Source: an uncultured bacterium (GTDB lineage Bacteria; Muiribacteriota; CAYSPT01). From it: a stretch of 64,000 nucleotides of DNA. Shown piece after piece: positions 52,301-59,351 of the stretch (positions are counted from its first letter, which is position 1; each line of letters begins with the position of its first letter). A program made the translations under genes and the position numbers. The notes under the pieces were generated by a model, which saw only the letters and a list, made by a program, of their open reading frames with translations, was not told the origin of the DNA and searched no databases. The DNA lies in assembly GCA_964593455.1 (NCBI GenBank), contig CAZQHK010000005.1, forward strand, positions 64,912 to 128,911, in the 5' to 3' direction.

Positions 52301-53885
52301 CGCCGGAATCAGCCACCTGGATGGTGGTCTGGTTCCCGGCCCCGGTCAGGGTGACCGACAGGGTAAGCTCGCCGGAGGTAAAATCATTACCGGTAGAATC
52401 GGCGGGAGCGATGCTTACCGATCCGTTGGAGGAAGTCAGGTTGACTATTCCGGCATAGCTTACCAGCGTCTCGCCGCTCTGATCTTTGGCGCTGATAGTA
52501 ATATCGAAAGCCGAGCCGCTGACGGCATAACTTGGAGCAGTTACCGTGAAACTCGTGAGCGCGGCCGGTTCGGGATTAACCGCTCCCTGGGTCGGAGCGC
52601 TTATCCAGTGCCATTCAGCGGCGGAATGAGCGGTGTCGGTGGAGTTTTCGTCCCGGCCAATACTGTAATTTGAAGGAAAACTCTTGGCGTTGACACAGTC
52701 GCTTTCCGCCACCGTCCCGCCGGCCTTGGTCCACTCGCCCGCATCGCAGAACACATCGAGATCAGCGTCATCCAGGCTGCTGCCGAAACTACCGCTCAGG
52801 TCCGCCCAGGCCACCACGTCTTCCACGGTCCCGATAGGATCGTAGAACATGACCATGGCGTCGGTACTGGTGAGCCCTTCCCCTGCGAAGAGCATGAGCA
52901 CGCCGTCGGCGCCGGCGGTGGTCTCGTCGGTCCCTTCCTCGTCGATCAACACGATATATTCACCGGTGCTGATGGTTGTTCCGGCGGCAATAGATTTGAT
53001 TATATTCCCGGTATTCTTGTAGCGGAAACTGCATCCCTGGATATCGATATCGCTGCCGCCCGCCTGGCAGTAGAGCTCGATCCAGTCCGGAGAGTTCTTG
53101 AACTGGACTTCGTTGATGACGATGACCGCGGCCGGGTCCAGGGCCGAGGCGGTAGCCGCTCCCGGGCTTTGGCCGCTCATGAGACTCCAGTCGGCCTTGG
53201 CGTTGGTATCGGTCCCACCGGCCGCCCTTTGCAGGGACTCGCCGGCCCCAAGACCGCTCGAGCCAACACTCTCGGTGTCATTGGTAGGTACTCCGGCACC
53301 GGCTGTGCCTGTCCATTGCGAGGCATTGACAACCTCATCGAAGGCCGTTTGCTGGGCCGCTGCCCAGCTCGCGTCACCGTTGGCAAAACTGATTGCGTCC
53401 TGGATGACGGCCGAGTCGTTCTTGAGAATAATGACATTGTCCGATCCTGTCAATCCGCTATCGGCCGAATAGAAATCACGATACCCGTTCCCGTTCGTGT
53501 CGGCACCGGTCTCGTCGGGCGTGACCCCGTCATTGATATGCAGAACTATAAACTCGTCGGCGGCCATGGTGTACGCCGGGAAGGTTTTTAGCGATGAGCT
53601 TCTCTCCAGCATCTCCCAGTTTTCGATTGACTGGGTTCCGGGTCCCGTATTATAGATCTCTATCCAGTCAGCGGAACTGCTCTCAGCCGGAGCCACCTCG
53701 TTAACGAGGACGGCACCCAGGGCTACTGCCGGCAGAAACGATACCAGCAGCGACACCGACACGACCGTAAACAGGAACCGGGGCAGACGTTTGAGTGGTT
53801 TCAATCGGCTCGGCGACTCAAACAATCGACGCTCTATAACAGTATGGTTTCCCTTTTTATCTTTCGATTCGGATAACGTTGTCAT
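46374..53885 (-). CDS. giant (2503 aa) secreted protein: ~8 lamin-tail domains, Big-like Ig domains, cohesin-like domain, T9SS-type (FlgD-Ig-like) C-terminal domain
   Basis: I prefer the ATG at 53885 (AGGAGG 8 nt upstream). LTD signatures: LVNEVAP..ADWIEIYN, VINEVQF..PDWIELYC, RINEVAF..EDWVEIYC, KVTEVMV..ADWVEFYC, MINEVLV..KDWVEIYC, KINEVAF..SDWIEIYC, LISEIAP..NDWIEVYC and VLNEIMY..LEYIELYN. Cohesin-like: YFYVDIMIVNARDLVGAGFEITYD. CTD: VRVYDVKGRLVRTL...YTWNGIDDHGQVVPTGIYVM. Confidence 0.85.
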   Translation of the reverse strand: MTTLSESKDKKGNHTVIERRLFESPSRLKPLKRLPRFLFTVVSVSLLVSFLPAVALGAVLVNEVAPAESSSADWIEIYNTGPGTQSIENWEMLERSSSLKTFPAYTMAADEFIVLHINDGVTPDETGADTNGNGYRDFYSADSGLTGSDNVIILKNDSAVIQDAISFANGDASWAAAQQTAFDEVVNASQWTGTAGAGVPTNDTESVGSSGLGAGESLQRAAGGTDTNAKADWSLMSGQSPGAATASALDPAAVIVINEVQFKNSPDWIELYCQAGGSDIDIQGCSFRYKNTGNIIKSIAAGTTISTGEYIVLIDEEGTDETTAGADGVLMLFAGEGLTSTDAMVMFYDPIGTVEDVVAWADLSGSFGSSLDDADLDVFCDAGEWTKAGGTVAESDCVNAKSFPSNYSIGRDENSTDTAHSAAEWHWISAPTQGAVNPEPAALTSFTVTAPSYAVSGSAFDITISAKDQSGETLVSYAGIVNLTSSNGSVSIAPADSTGNDFTSGELTLSVTLTGAGNQTTIQVADSGGGESGTSGTINVVTVLPAPVFRINEVAFNGGGGGFTEDWVEIYCVDDGVSGSGFNLSGYTIRASNETGINKTIGDCTVKTGEYLILHYVDGTDETQLTGDAVDIYTDKSGPSGTDDVIVLYDSSEAVLDMIVWANQSGSFSNLNETYLDGLCTAGHWTRAGGAVVESDCVDSSTIGNDESTARDASSTDTGAKADWVRYVNPTPGTASATALSATIKVTEVMVAGSADWVEFYCVDDNNSGNGVNLKNCSITDLDSTNTTHKKVLGDSDNDGVADQDCTIKTGEFLILYYDQAGTDETAATGGSLDNTVEIFTEAQSSVTSTDEQQVFVDALGNYIDGVCWSNQDGTFTTEQTQVDLLVPSGNWTIAGGSAAESDCIDSTTVSSSQSIARDNLNTDTNAKADWMVLDSPNPGALTPAPVTARLMINEVLVKNKTGDKDWVEIYCVDDGNNGNGVNIKGAYISNLDGSGTSKNKIFGDSTNDGSPNQDCTIKTGEFLVFTTDTADTDETEAGGDGILNISSDAWTSITSTDETLAIYDAVGNLLDCVAFSDGALPSAELGNVQTLLDSADAYTPANKAWTDFEPTDADPNDCFLSTTMKTGWSMARDSVPTDNNSKEDWTPRSTSTPGANNGDPPTVHHFDVDSPAYAVSGTAFDITATARNEDNTLMDTYVGTIVISSSSGSVSVAPESASGFTDGVLTVPVTLTGATGQTTTIQIEDSGNTGTSQSIQIVDQIPEPVLKINEVAFDGGGGGFDSDWIEIYCQDDGLSGNGFNLAGYTIKPKNETTIDKTFGNTTIKTGEYLLLQYNNSSGTDESALTGDFIDCYTADTGLTSSDEMVAIYTPAGDVVDMVVWANQNGSFTNLSEEYLKTLVTAGHWTKAGAEVAESDCLDSTVVGGGESVARITNEETSIPDDTASKADWLVTAVPTPGKSNLSGPKPNVGLLISEIAPSKGGGGQANDWIEVYCYDDLNGGAGVEISGYSFYIDSTVKSITNGTIVRTGEFILLVFDTEDTDDTESDDGVINIFSDRSGMVTSDDQVVIYDHKDNLIDAVCYANMDGDALTETEAADMTTIIAAGGWVGSADEESCASVAGLGEGNSLARDRLFTDTNAAADWQMVTSPTPGKKNYAPGEPYALEITPSGTVSAFVSVSVDIGVQVVDIFGSIVTSSSVQIDVNTDSVSAEVSMDGGFTWSSSGTGYATYGSLSAQARDSNSGRFVVSATTPGGSLKSDAKEIVVISLPSVVLNEIMYNPVGDSGLEYIELYNRSASSVDLTGWNLTIADKAISIPDSTTIAVGEHLLLAKELDTFESVYGDGNGTWGDHPTENFQAVDVPTFTLDNTSGTISLNSSDTVTKTSVTYLDSWGADANGLSLEKKDPDMLDKNDPVIDAYNWAESEPHAQNGTPGHQNSLYEGNPSTLEFSHTIVSTAYIGDPLIIRAKILSNRTIDFVRLYYREALSGDSYTTLNMNLLAGTNLYEVRIPQEDVTLSGIEYYLQASDIVNTKTLPALTPSDIPYTIAIEDNTMKMMVVPRKKGVSEGEYFYVDIMIVNARDLVGAGFEITYDTTYLDLQDSDENREGEQIAVGSLMGLGFNEINLAEKGLIQFSVTGVKDEVTGDGPLAVIYFKVKNPNAGVPLPSGTYPLSLQNCLVIDDDDNETVPAQFDGEVVIGTGSSEIIDDQGGVVSGPQGTQIQIAAGVIKGSFRITIEQMDANDLPTTDSLVDNQYMVPSMVALDIKPHTLTFTRPVTLVFGFDDDLIEAAGIEEKNLAIYHWHQDLSSPVAPGGTVRPKWARRRRSRLRSLKRERKVGFFSKRGGGSVGAKNASDDAYWEKIGGDVASGDNTVTAMITRPGIYMLVGDTDPGRRMEIYDVSVSPSPFSPAEGSLKPESYLTFGITNDADELWVRVYDVKGRLVRTLAEKATNVPEGLVQYTWNGIDDHGQVVPTGIYVMSIYAEDELYRLAKAETSVIVSRHMYE

Positions 53886-53900
53886 AACCATATCCTCCTA

Positions 53901-53930
53901 ACTTTCCACGCCTCTTGTTTGAGGGTGGGA
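53901..53930 (+). repeat. family-A repeat core
   Basis: actttccacgcctcttgtttgagggtggga. The adjacent cctcc (53895-53899) is the rc of the RBS of the giant LTD gene. Confidence 0.75.
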
Positions 53931-54027
53931 CCACAGGTTGCCGCTACGACACCCTGATTACACTCACGTTTGGCGAATTGAACAAACCTCCGCCCGGGTT
54001 TTCTTTCCACTCTTACTTTCCAATTTA

Positions 54028-54051
54028 ACTTTCCACGCCTCTCGCTTGAGG
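54028..54051 (+). repeat. family-A repeat core
   Basis: actttccacgcctctcgcttgagg. Partial ctttcca units lie at 54003-54026. Confidence 0.75.
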
Positions 54052-54058
54052 CCACAAA

Positions 54059-56191
54059 TTACAGTTCGGCGGACAGGTTGAACGAACCGATCCGCGCCGT
54101 GTAGTTATCATCGAAACTGGCGTTATTCCGCATACCTTCAGACCGGAAATTGAGCGAGAACTCCATACCCGGCCGCAGGCGATACCGGACCTCGATCCGG
54201 CTTTTTTCCTTTGTTTTGAACTGCTCCCCCCTGTTGCTCTCAACATCGATCATGGCCAGCGCCCGCAGCCGCTGCGTGAGCCGCAGGTCGATTCCGGCAC
54301 CGATGGATTCGCTGGGCGCAGTTGCCGCAGCCCACCCTCTCCGGCTGTATTCCGCAGACAACTTGGCCCATGAGTAGGGTTTCAGGGTCATCTTGATCGA
54401 CGAACTATTGGCCACGCTTTGTTGACTCGAACGGTTGAGTTTACCGAGCAGGCTCAGGCTGCGCCGGGGTTTCCATCTGAGATCGAGCCCCCATCGTTGA
54501 GAGCCGCCCGCAGAGTTCCCCATGCCCAGAGTCTTGACGAACTCCCGCCCGACACTGGCAGTGGTTACCAGTCCCGGTGAGAAGTGATAACTTACCGCTA
54601 TGTCCGCTGCTTTTTTTACGATGTTCTCGGGATCTTTAAAAATCTCTTCGGCAGAATATGAAAGCTCGTTCTTAACCGTAATCTTCGAGGTTGGCCGGTA
54701 CCGAAGCGACAGCTTGGTCCAATCGGAACTGGACGAGATTAATCCGTTTATTTCGTCTTTCCGCGCAGTTGTTTCCAGGTGTCCCGTCACTTTCTTCCAC
54801 AGCTTGCTGTCAACGGTCAATCCAATATTGTTGGAGATCCTCTCATCGTTCACACCATGATCACTCTCAAAGCGGTCGAGCTTCGTCTCGGCGCTGTATC
54901 GCGGCTGTACGTACTTCACCCTGATATTCCCTCCCTTTGACGCCTGGCCCGGTTCGAGATCATCACCCCGGCGGCGCCTGGTATGCGCCCGCCCGAAAAC
55001 GGTGAGAGGCCGGGCCACCTGCCAGGCGAATGAACTTACGATATCCTTTTCGAGACCATCGTTGTCGGCAAATGAAAGACTGCCCTCAAAGGGTCCATCG
55101 GGGACATAGTCCAGGATGGCAAACCGCTTGCTGCTCAAACAGTCCTGGTCATTGTTTCCTCCCAGGAACACGAAATCGTCACCGATACGCTTGGTCCCGA
55201 GCCTGAGAATCACCGAGTCCAGGTCGATCTCGGCCTCCACGCGGGCAGCCTCATCTCTCAAGGCCGCATCGGTCACCAGCGAACTGAAATCATTCTCGCT
55301 GAGCGCTACTTCGCTCTGAATAGTTATCCGGTCACTCAAATAAAGATCATGCCTGAGGTCGATCACCGTCTGGGAAGACGATGATTCGGGCGCGAACGTG
55401 GCGCTACCTTCCCGGCCGCCGTCTTTTTTCCGAAGCACCGTCAAACCGAGATTGCCTCCGGGACCCCCGAGCTCCACTAAACCGTCGAATCCAATCAGAG
55501 TCCGGGTTAATTCATCAGGGTCATCCGGTATATACTCGTAGAACACCTGAACCCTGACACCACCGGGAACCTCATCGTTGAACGACAGCGTTCCGCTATC
55601 ATAATCAAAGGTGTAATCACGGTTACGTTTGAGTGTTTCGCCGTCCAGTTTAACGATCTCACTCCCGGACACGATATCCGCGTGCAGTAAGTGGAACGGT
55701 CCTTTGGTAAAATTCCCTTCCAGCGTTTCCCGGCTTGAAAGCCCGGTCATTCTGCTGAACATAATTCCCACTTCGTGATCACCAACCCGGCTTCTCACCC
55801 GGCCGCCTTTAACCTTGCGGCTATGAATCAGGAACGAAGAACCATCATAATCGACATCGATATCTCCCACTTCGGCGACGTAGTTCTCACCTTCCGCCTG
55901 CAGGTAGACATGCTCCACCCGGTCCGAACGAGTATCGTCGAACCTGACATCCGCCTGGATATTGTCGCTGACATAACCGAGCATGCTGAACCGCAGGCTT
56001 TGGTCGAATTCTTCAGGCTTTTGGAGCTCCGGAATATCCCGTTCGGCCTGGATTTGATTGCCGATGACTTTGAATGATTTCACGTTGAAGATCTTATTGG
56101 CACGAACCTGAAGACGGCCGTCACTGTCCTGCCAGGCACAAGCCAGAGCGGGAACCAGCAGAACCGCCAAAACCGCGAGCGGTACCGTCAT
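54059..56191 (-). CDS. large outer-membrane beta-barrel protein, family unknown (710 aa)
   Basis: ATG at 56191 (GAGGA 7 nt upstream). Signal peptide MTVPLAVLAVLLVPALACA. Amphipathic beta-strand periodicity throughout. Confidence 0.7.
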   Translation of the reverse strand: MTVPLAVLAVLLVPALACAWQDSDGRLQVRANKIFNVKSFKVIGNQIQAERDIPELQKPEEFDQSLRFSMLGYVSDNIQADVRFDDTRSDRVEHVYLQAEGENYVAEVGDIDVDYDGSSFLIHSRKVKGGRVRSRVGDHEVGIMFSRMTGLSSRETLEGNFTKGPFHLLHADIVSGSEIVKLDGETLKRNRDYTFDYDSGTLSFNDEVPGGVRVQVFYEYIPDDPDELTRTLIGFDGLVELGGPGGNLGLTVLRKKDGGREGSATFAPESSSSQTVIDLRHDLYLSDRITIQSEVALSENDFSSLVTDAALRDEAARVEAEIDLDSVILRLGTKRIGDDFVFLGGNNDQDCLSSKRFAILDYVPDGPFEGSLSFADNDGLEKDIVSSFAWQVARPLTVFGRAHTRRRRGDDLEPGQASKGGNIRVKYVQPRYSAETKLDRFESDHGVNDERISNNIGLTVDSKLWKKVTGHLETTARKDEINGLISSSSDWTKLSLRYRPTSKITVKNELSYSAEEIFKDPENIVKKAADIAVSYHFSPGLVTTASVGREFVKTLGMGNSAGGSQRWGLDLRWKPRRSLSLLGKLNRSSQQSVANSSSIKMTLKPYSWAKLSAEYSRRGWAAATAPSESIGAGIDLRLTQRLRALAMIDVESNRGEQFKTKEKSRIEVRYRLRPGMEFSLNFRSEGMRNNASFDDNYTARIGSFNLSAEL

Positions 56192-56498
56192 GTGCGATCC
56201 TCGTTTTATAAGAGCAGCTCCCATGTCCCATCCTGCCCGGGCGTATCACCCGGACTCTCTCTTCCTGTCCCACAGCAGCGTCCTACTACTGTATTCTTAC
56301 TGTTCAGACATATAACGGACATATCCTCCCCGCATTGCGGGCAGGACACAGGCCTCTGTTGGTATCGTCAACCTCGAGGGTTGCCTTGAGAGGGAAAAGA
56401 AATTAAAGCAATTATTTAAGCAATTCCCGGTCTACCCTCGTCAGCAAAGAGAACCGGTAGGAAGAAAAACCTCAAGCACCGGATGAGAAAGATGGTGA

Positions 56499-56551
56499 GA
56501 AAACAAAGAAAACGGCCCGGCTTGCAGGACACAAACCGGACCGCTGTTTTT
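56499..56551 (-). terminator. rho-independent terminator (works on both strands) after the small barrel gene
   Basis: The reverse strand reads cggtccgg-15 nt-ccgggccg followed by TTTTCTTTGTTTT. The plus strand has a T5 run after the same stem. Confidence 0.55.
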
Positions 56552-56592
56552 GCTGGAATATAACCTGAAAAGAATCAGGTTAAGGCTAAAAA

Positions 56593-57381
56593 TCAGAATT
56601 TTTTAAGCAGGTAAACCTTGATCCCTGAATATTTAATTTCGGCGCTGTCGTCACCCGATTCGGCTTCCAGGTCGAGACTCCGGTAACCCACAATTATTTT
56701 GAGGTCATCACGGATATGGTAGTTGAGCCGAAAATCGAGATCGGAAACCTCTCCCCGGTCGTTTCCTGAGTCGATTTCCATATATCCGAACGATCCCGAC
56801 AAGGAAACTTTCTCGCTCATTTTTGTCTTGCCGGAAAAACCGATAACCGGTACCGGGATTTCGAAAGACTCTGTTCTGGTCTGTGTACCACCGAGAGTGG
56901 TACCGGTAATGGAGGCTTCAACATCAAGGTATCTCAAACCCAGCATCAGTGACAGTTTGTTTTTTTCAGTTTTACTTAAAATACGGTGATAGTTCAGATC
57001 CAACAGGCCGGTTTCTACCGACGAGGTAAGGGTGGAGTTGACCAGGTACTGCACACCCTTGTAATTGATGGTGCTAGTGATCTGTTTTCTCCCGGTGTTT
57101 TCAATACTGGCGTAGCCGCCGGTCAACTTGTATCGGCCGCCCGGACGGTAGGAAAAAGCCAGACTGGGCGCGGTATCCTCCTCAATCCCGAGCGTGTTCT
57201 CGAGATTAACGACGTTACCGGTGAGAACTCCCTCGGTCACCTGTACCGAACCTTCGATCTCCTGGAACCAGGCTCCTGCAGCTAAAGAAAACCGGCTGCC
57301 GCTTCCGGCCAAAACCGCGCCATTCATCGAAAAGAGTAACAAACCGATTAGCGTAAAACAAACCACATTGCCTATCTTCAC
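56593..57381 (-). CDS. small outer-membrane beta-barrel protein (262 aa)
   Basis: I prefer the GTG at 57381 (GGAGG 7 nt upstream). Signal peptide MKIGNVVCFTLIGLLLFSMNGAVLA. Terminal ...VYLLKKF. Confidence 0.7.
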   Translation of the reverse strand: MKIGNVVCFTLIGLLLFSMNGAVLAGSGSRFSLAAGAWFQEIEGSVQVTEGVLTGNVVNLENTLGIEEDTAPSLAFSYRPGGRYKLTGGYASIENTGRKQITSTINYKGVQYLVNSTLTSSVETGLLDLNYHRILSKTEKNKLSLMLGLRYLDVEASITGTTLGGTQTRTESFEIPVPVIGFSGKTKMSEKVSLSGSFGYMEIDSGNDRGEVSDLDFRLNYHIRDDLKIIVGYRSLDLEAESGDDSAEIKYSGIKVYLLKKF

Positions 57382-57394
57382 AACCAAACCTCCT

Positions 57395-59341
57395 TCAATT
57401 CGATCCCTTGCGGCTTTCAGCCAGCGCTTCCTCGATTACATCTTTGAACTGTTCGTTTGTCTCGGAAGCAGCCAGTTTCGTCAAAGCACCCACGGCATCG
57501 GCGCCACCCAGTTGGCCAAGAGCCAGAATAGCATGTTCTTTTACTACCGGGCTCCGGTCATCGATCAGCTCTTTGACAAAGGTCAGCGCCCGCCGGTCGC
57601 CGATCTTGCCCAACGCGTCAACTGCATGGTACCTGATGTCCTGGTTTTCATCCTTGAGCTGGCAGATAAGAGGCGCCAGACCGCCGGTGATTTTCAGTTC
57701 TCCCAGCGAGTAGATGGCAAAACACCTGACATTTTGATCATCATCCATGAGCAGTTCTTCGAAGAGGAAAGACAGTTGCTCGACGCCGGGAAGTTCTTCG
57801 TCAAGCTTGATCTGCACTTCAGAAATCTTGCCTTTCAGTGCCTTGAGCATGGAGAACGAGTCGGTTTCGAGAAACTCCACTTCCTTTTGTTCATCAAGGG
57901 AGACAGCCAGCAGTTTGGTCAGGGTCTCTTTGACTTTGAACTTGCCCAGCAGTTTGACAAACTGCGGCACCCGGTACAGACCGCTCGCTTTGTCCCCGGC
58001 CTTGACAATCTGGTCCTGGTACTTGTCGCCGACCTTGATCAGGCTCTTTAACACACGCTCTCGGACCTTGATGGTATCGTCCATGATACTCTGGATGAGC
58101 GGTTTAACCACTTCCTCCAGTCCGAGTTCTCCCAGGGCGTAAGCGGAACTCATCCGCATTTTCTCGTCACCTGTCTTCAGTTTATCGTGAAGAAAATTCA
58201 CCACTTTCATATCTCCGAACGCGTGGAGCGTTACAGCGGTGTTGGCCATCATCCGATTGTCTTCGTCATCGAGATACGGACGGATCTGCTCGATAATCCG
58301 ATTGTCTCCTATTTTACCGATAGCTTCCATGGCGTTGGAACGGATTCTCCGGTCATCCGATTTGAGCTTCTTCTTGAGGTGAGGTATAACCTCGACATCA
58401 CCTAAGTCTCCCAGGACCGTGATGGCGGTAGCCACTACCCGTTTATCCGGGGAAGTTTCGATGAGTTCGATCACATCAGGAACCACTTCTCTACTCCCCA
58501 GTCTCTTCAAAGACGCCAGTGTGTCCATGATCAATCCGCGGTTACTGCTCGTCAGGTAATCTTTTATCCCGGTGACCACCGCCGGGTCACCCAATTTACC
58601 AAGTGCTTCCACCGCGTAACGCTGTATTTCCTCGTCGGGCTCAGCCAGCATTCTCAGCAGGTTGATCTGGGCGCTCTGGTCTCCCGAGTCTCCCAAAATG
58701 ATGGCAATGTAGCATTTTTCGATAGGTGTGGCCCGGTCCAGCAAGGAGATAAGTTTAAGAGCAATCTTGGATCCGAATTTACGCAAGGTAATGGCGGCTC
58801 TCGTGTGGACCTGGTAATCCATACTGCCCAGGTTTTCAATAACGTAGTCCACCCGGTCCAGGTCCTGGAGTTCACCAATGATCCAGATCGCGCTTGCCCT
58901 ACGGAAGAAATCGGAACTGCGCATCATGATGTCCAGATGATGAAACCCGCTTTTCTCGTTCCGTTCACACAAGAGCTTGATGGCCGTAGCCGAAACCCGG
59001 TTGTTGGGATCGGACACGCACTGGCGGATTTTATCCGTCACTTCCTGCTGGTCAAACCCGGCCAGGCTCTCCAACGCATTGGACCTGATCCGGGCATTAT
59101 CATGTTCGAGGTAGGTGAATATCTCCTTGATAATCCATTCGGCTTTGATATTCCCCAAAGCTTTTACCAGAGTGGCTTTGACGTTCATGTCACGCTCCAG
59201 CTCTATCTTCTGGAGCAACACATTGACGCAGCTCTCATCCACCAGTTCCGCCAGTGCTACCGCGGCGTTGAACTTGAGTTCCCGCTTCTCATGCCTCAGA
59301 AGCCTGGTGAAATCACAGAACAATTCAAACAGATTTTCCAA
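57395..59341 (-). CDS. HEAT-repeat (PBS-lyase HEAT-like) protein, ~15 repeats
   Basis: TTG start with GAGGTG RBS. Recurrent units: VRSNALESLAG, IQRYAVEALGKLGDPAVV, IRSNAMEAIGKIGDNRII, MRMSSAYALGELGLEEVV, IRYHAVDALGKIGDRRAL and VKEHAILALGQLGGADAV. Confidence 0.85.
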   Translation of the reverse strand: MENLFELFCDFTRLLRHEKRELKFNAAVALAELVDESCVNVLLQKIELERDMNVKATLVKALGNIKAEWIIKEIFTYLEHDNARIRSNALESLAGFDQQEVTDKIRQCVSDPNNRVSATAIKLLCERNEKSGFHHLDIMMRSSDFFRRASAIWIIGELQDLDRVDYVIENLGSMDYQVHTRAAITLRKFGSKIALKLISLLDRATPIEKCYIAIILGDSGDQSAQINLLRMLAEPDEEIQRYAVEALGKLGDPAVVTGIKDYLTSSNRGLIMDTLASLKRLGSREVVPDVIELIETSPDKRVVATAITVLGDLGDVEVIPHLKKKLKSDDRRIRSNAMEAIGKIGDNRIIEQIRPYLDDEDNRMMANTAVTLHAFGDMKVVNFLHDKLKTGDEKMRMSSAYALGELGLEEVVKPLIQSIMDDTIKVRERVLKSLIKVGDKYQDQIVKAGDKASGLYRVPQFVKLLGKFKVKETLTKLLAVSLDEQKEVEFLETDSFSMLKALKGKISEVQIKLDEELPGVEQLSFLFEELLMDDDQNVRCFAIYSLGELKITGGLAPLICQLKDENQDIRYHAVDALGKIGDRRALTFVKELIDDRSPVVKEHAILALGQLGGADAVGALTKLAASETNEQFKDVIEEALAESRKGSN

Positions 59342-59351
59342 ACGTCACACC

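Noticed and set aside
54028-54051. Family-A core as a sigma54 promoter (TTTCCACG-N4-TCGCTT versus TGGCACG-N4-TTGCW)
   Set aside because: The invariant GG of the -24 element is missing in every copy, and the -12 GC is not always preserved. Copies occur in both orientations and downstream of genes.
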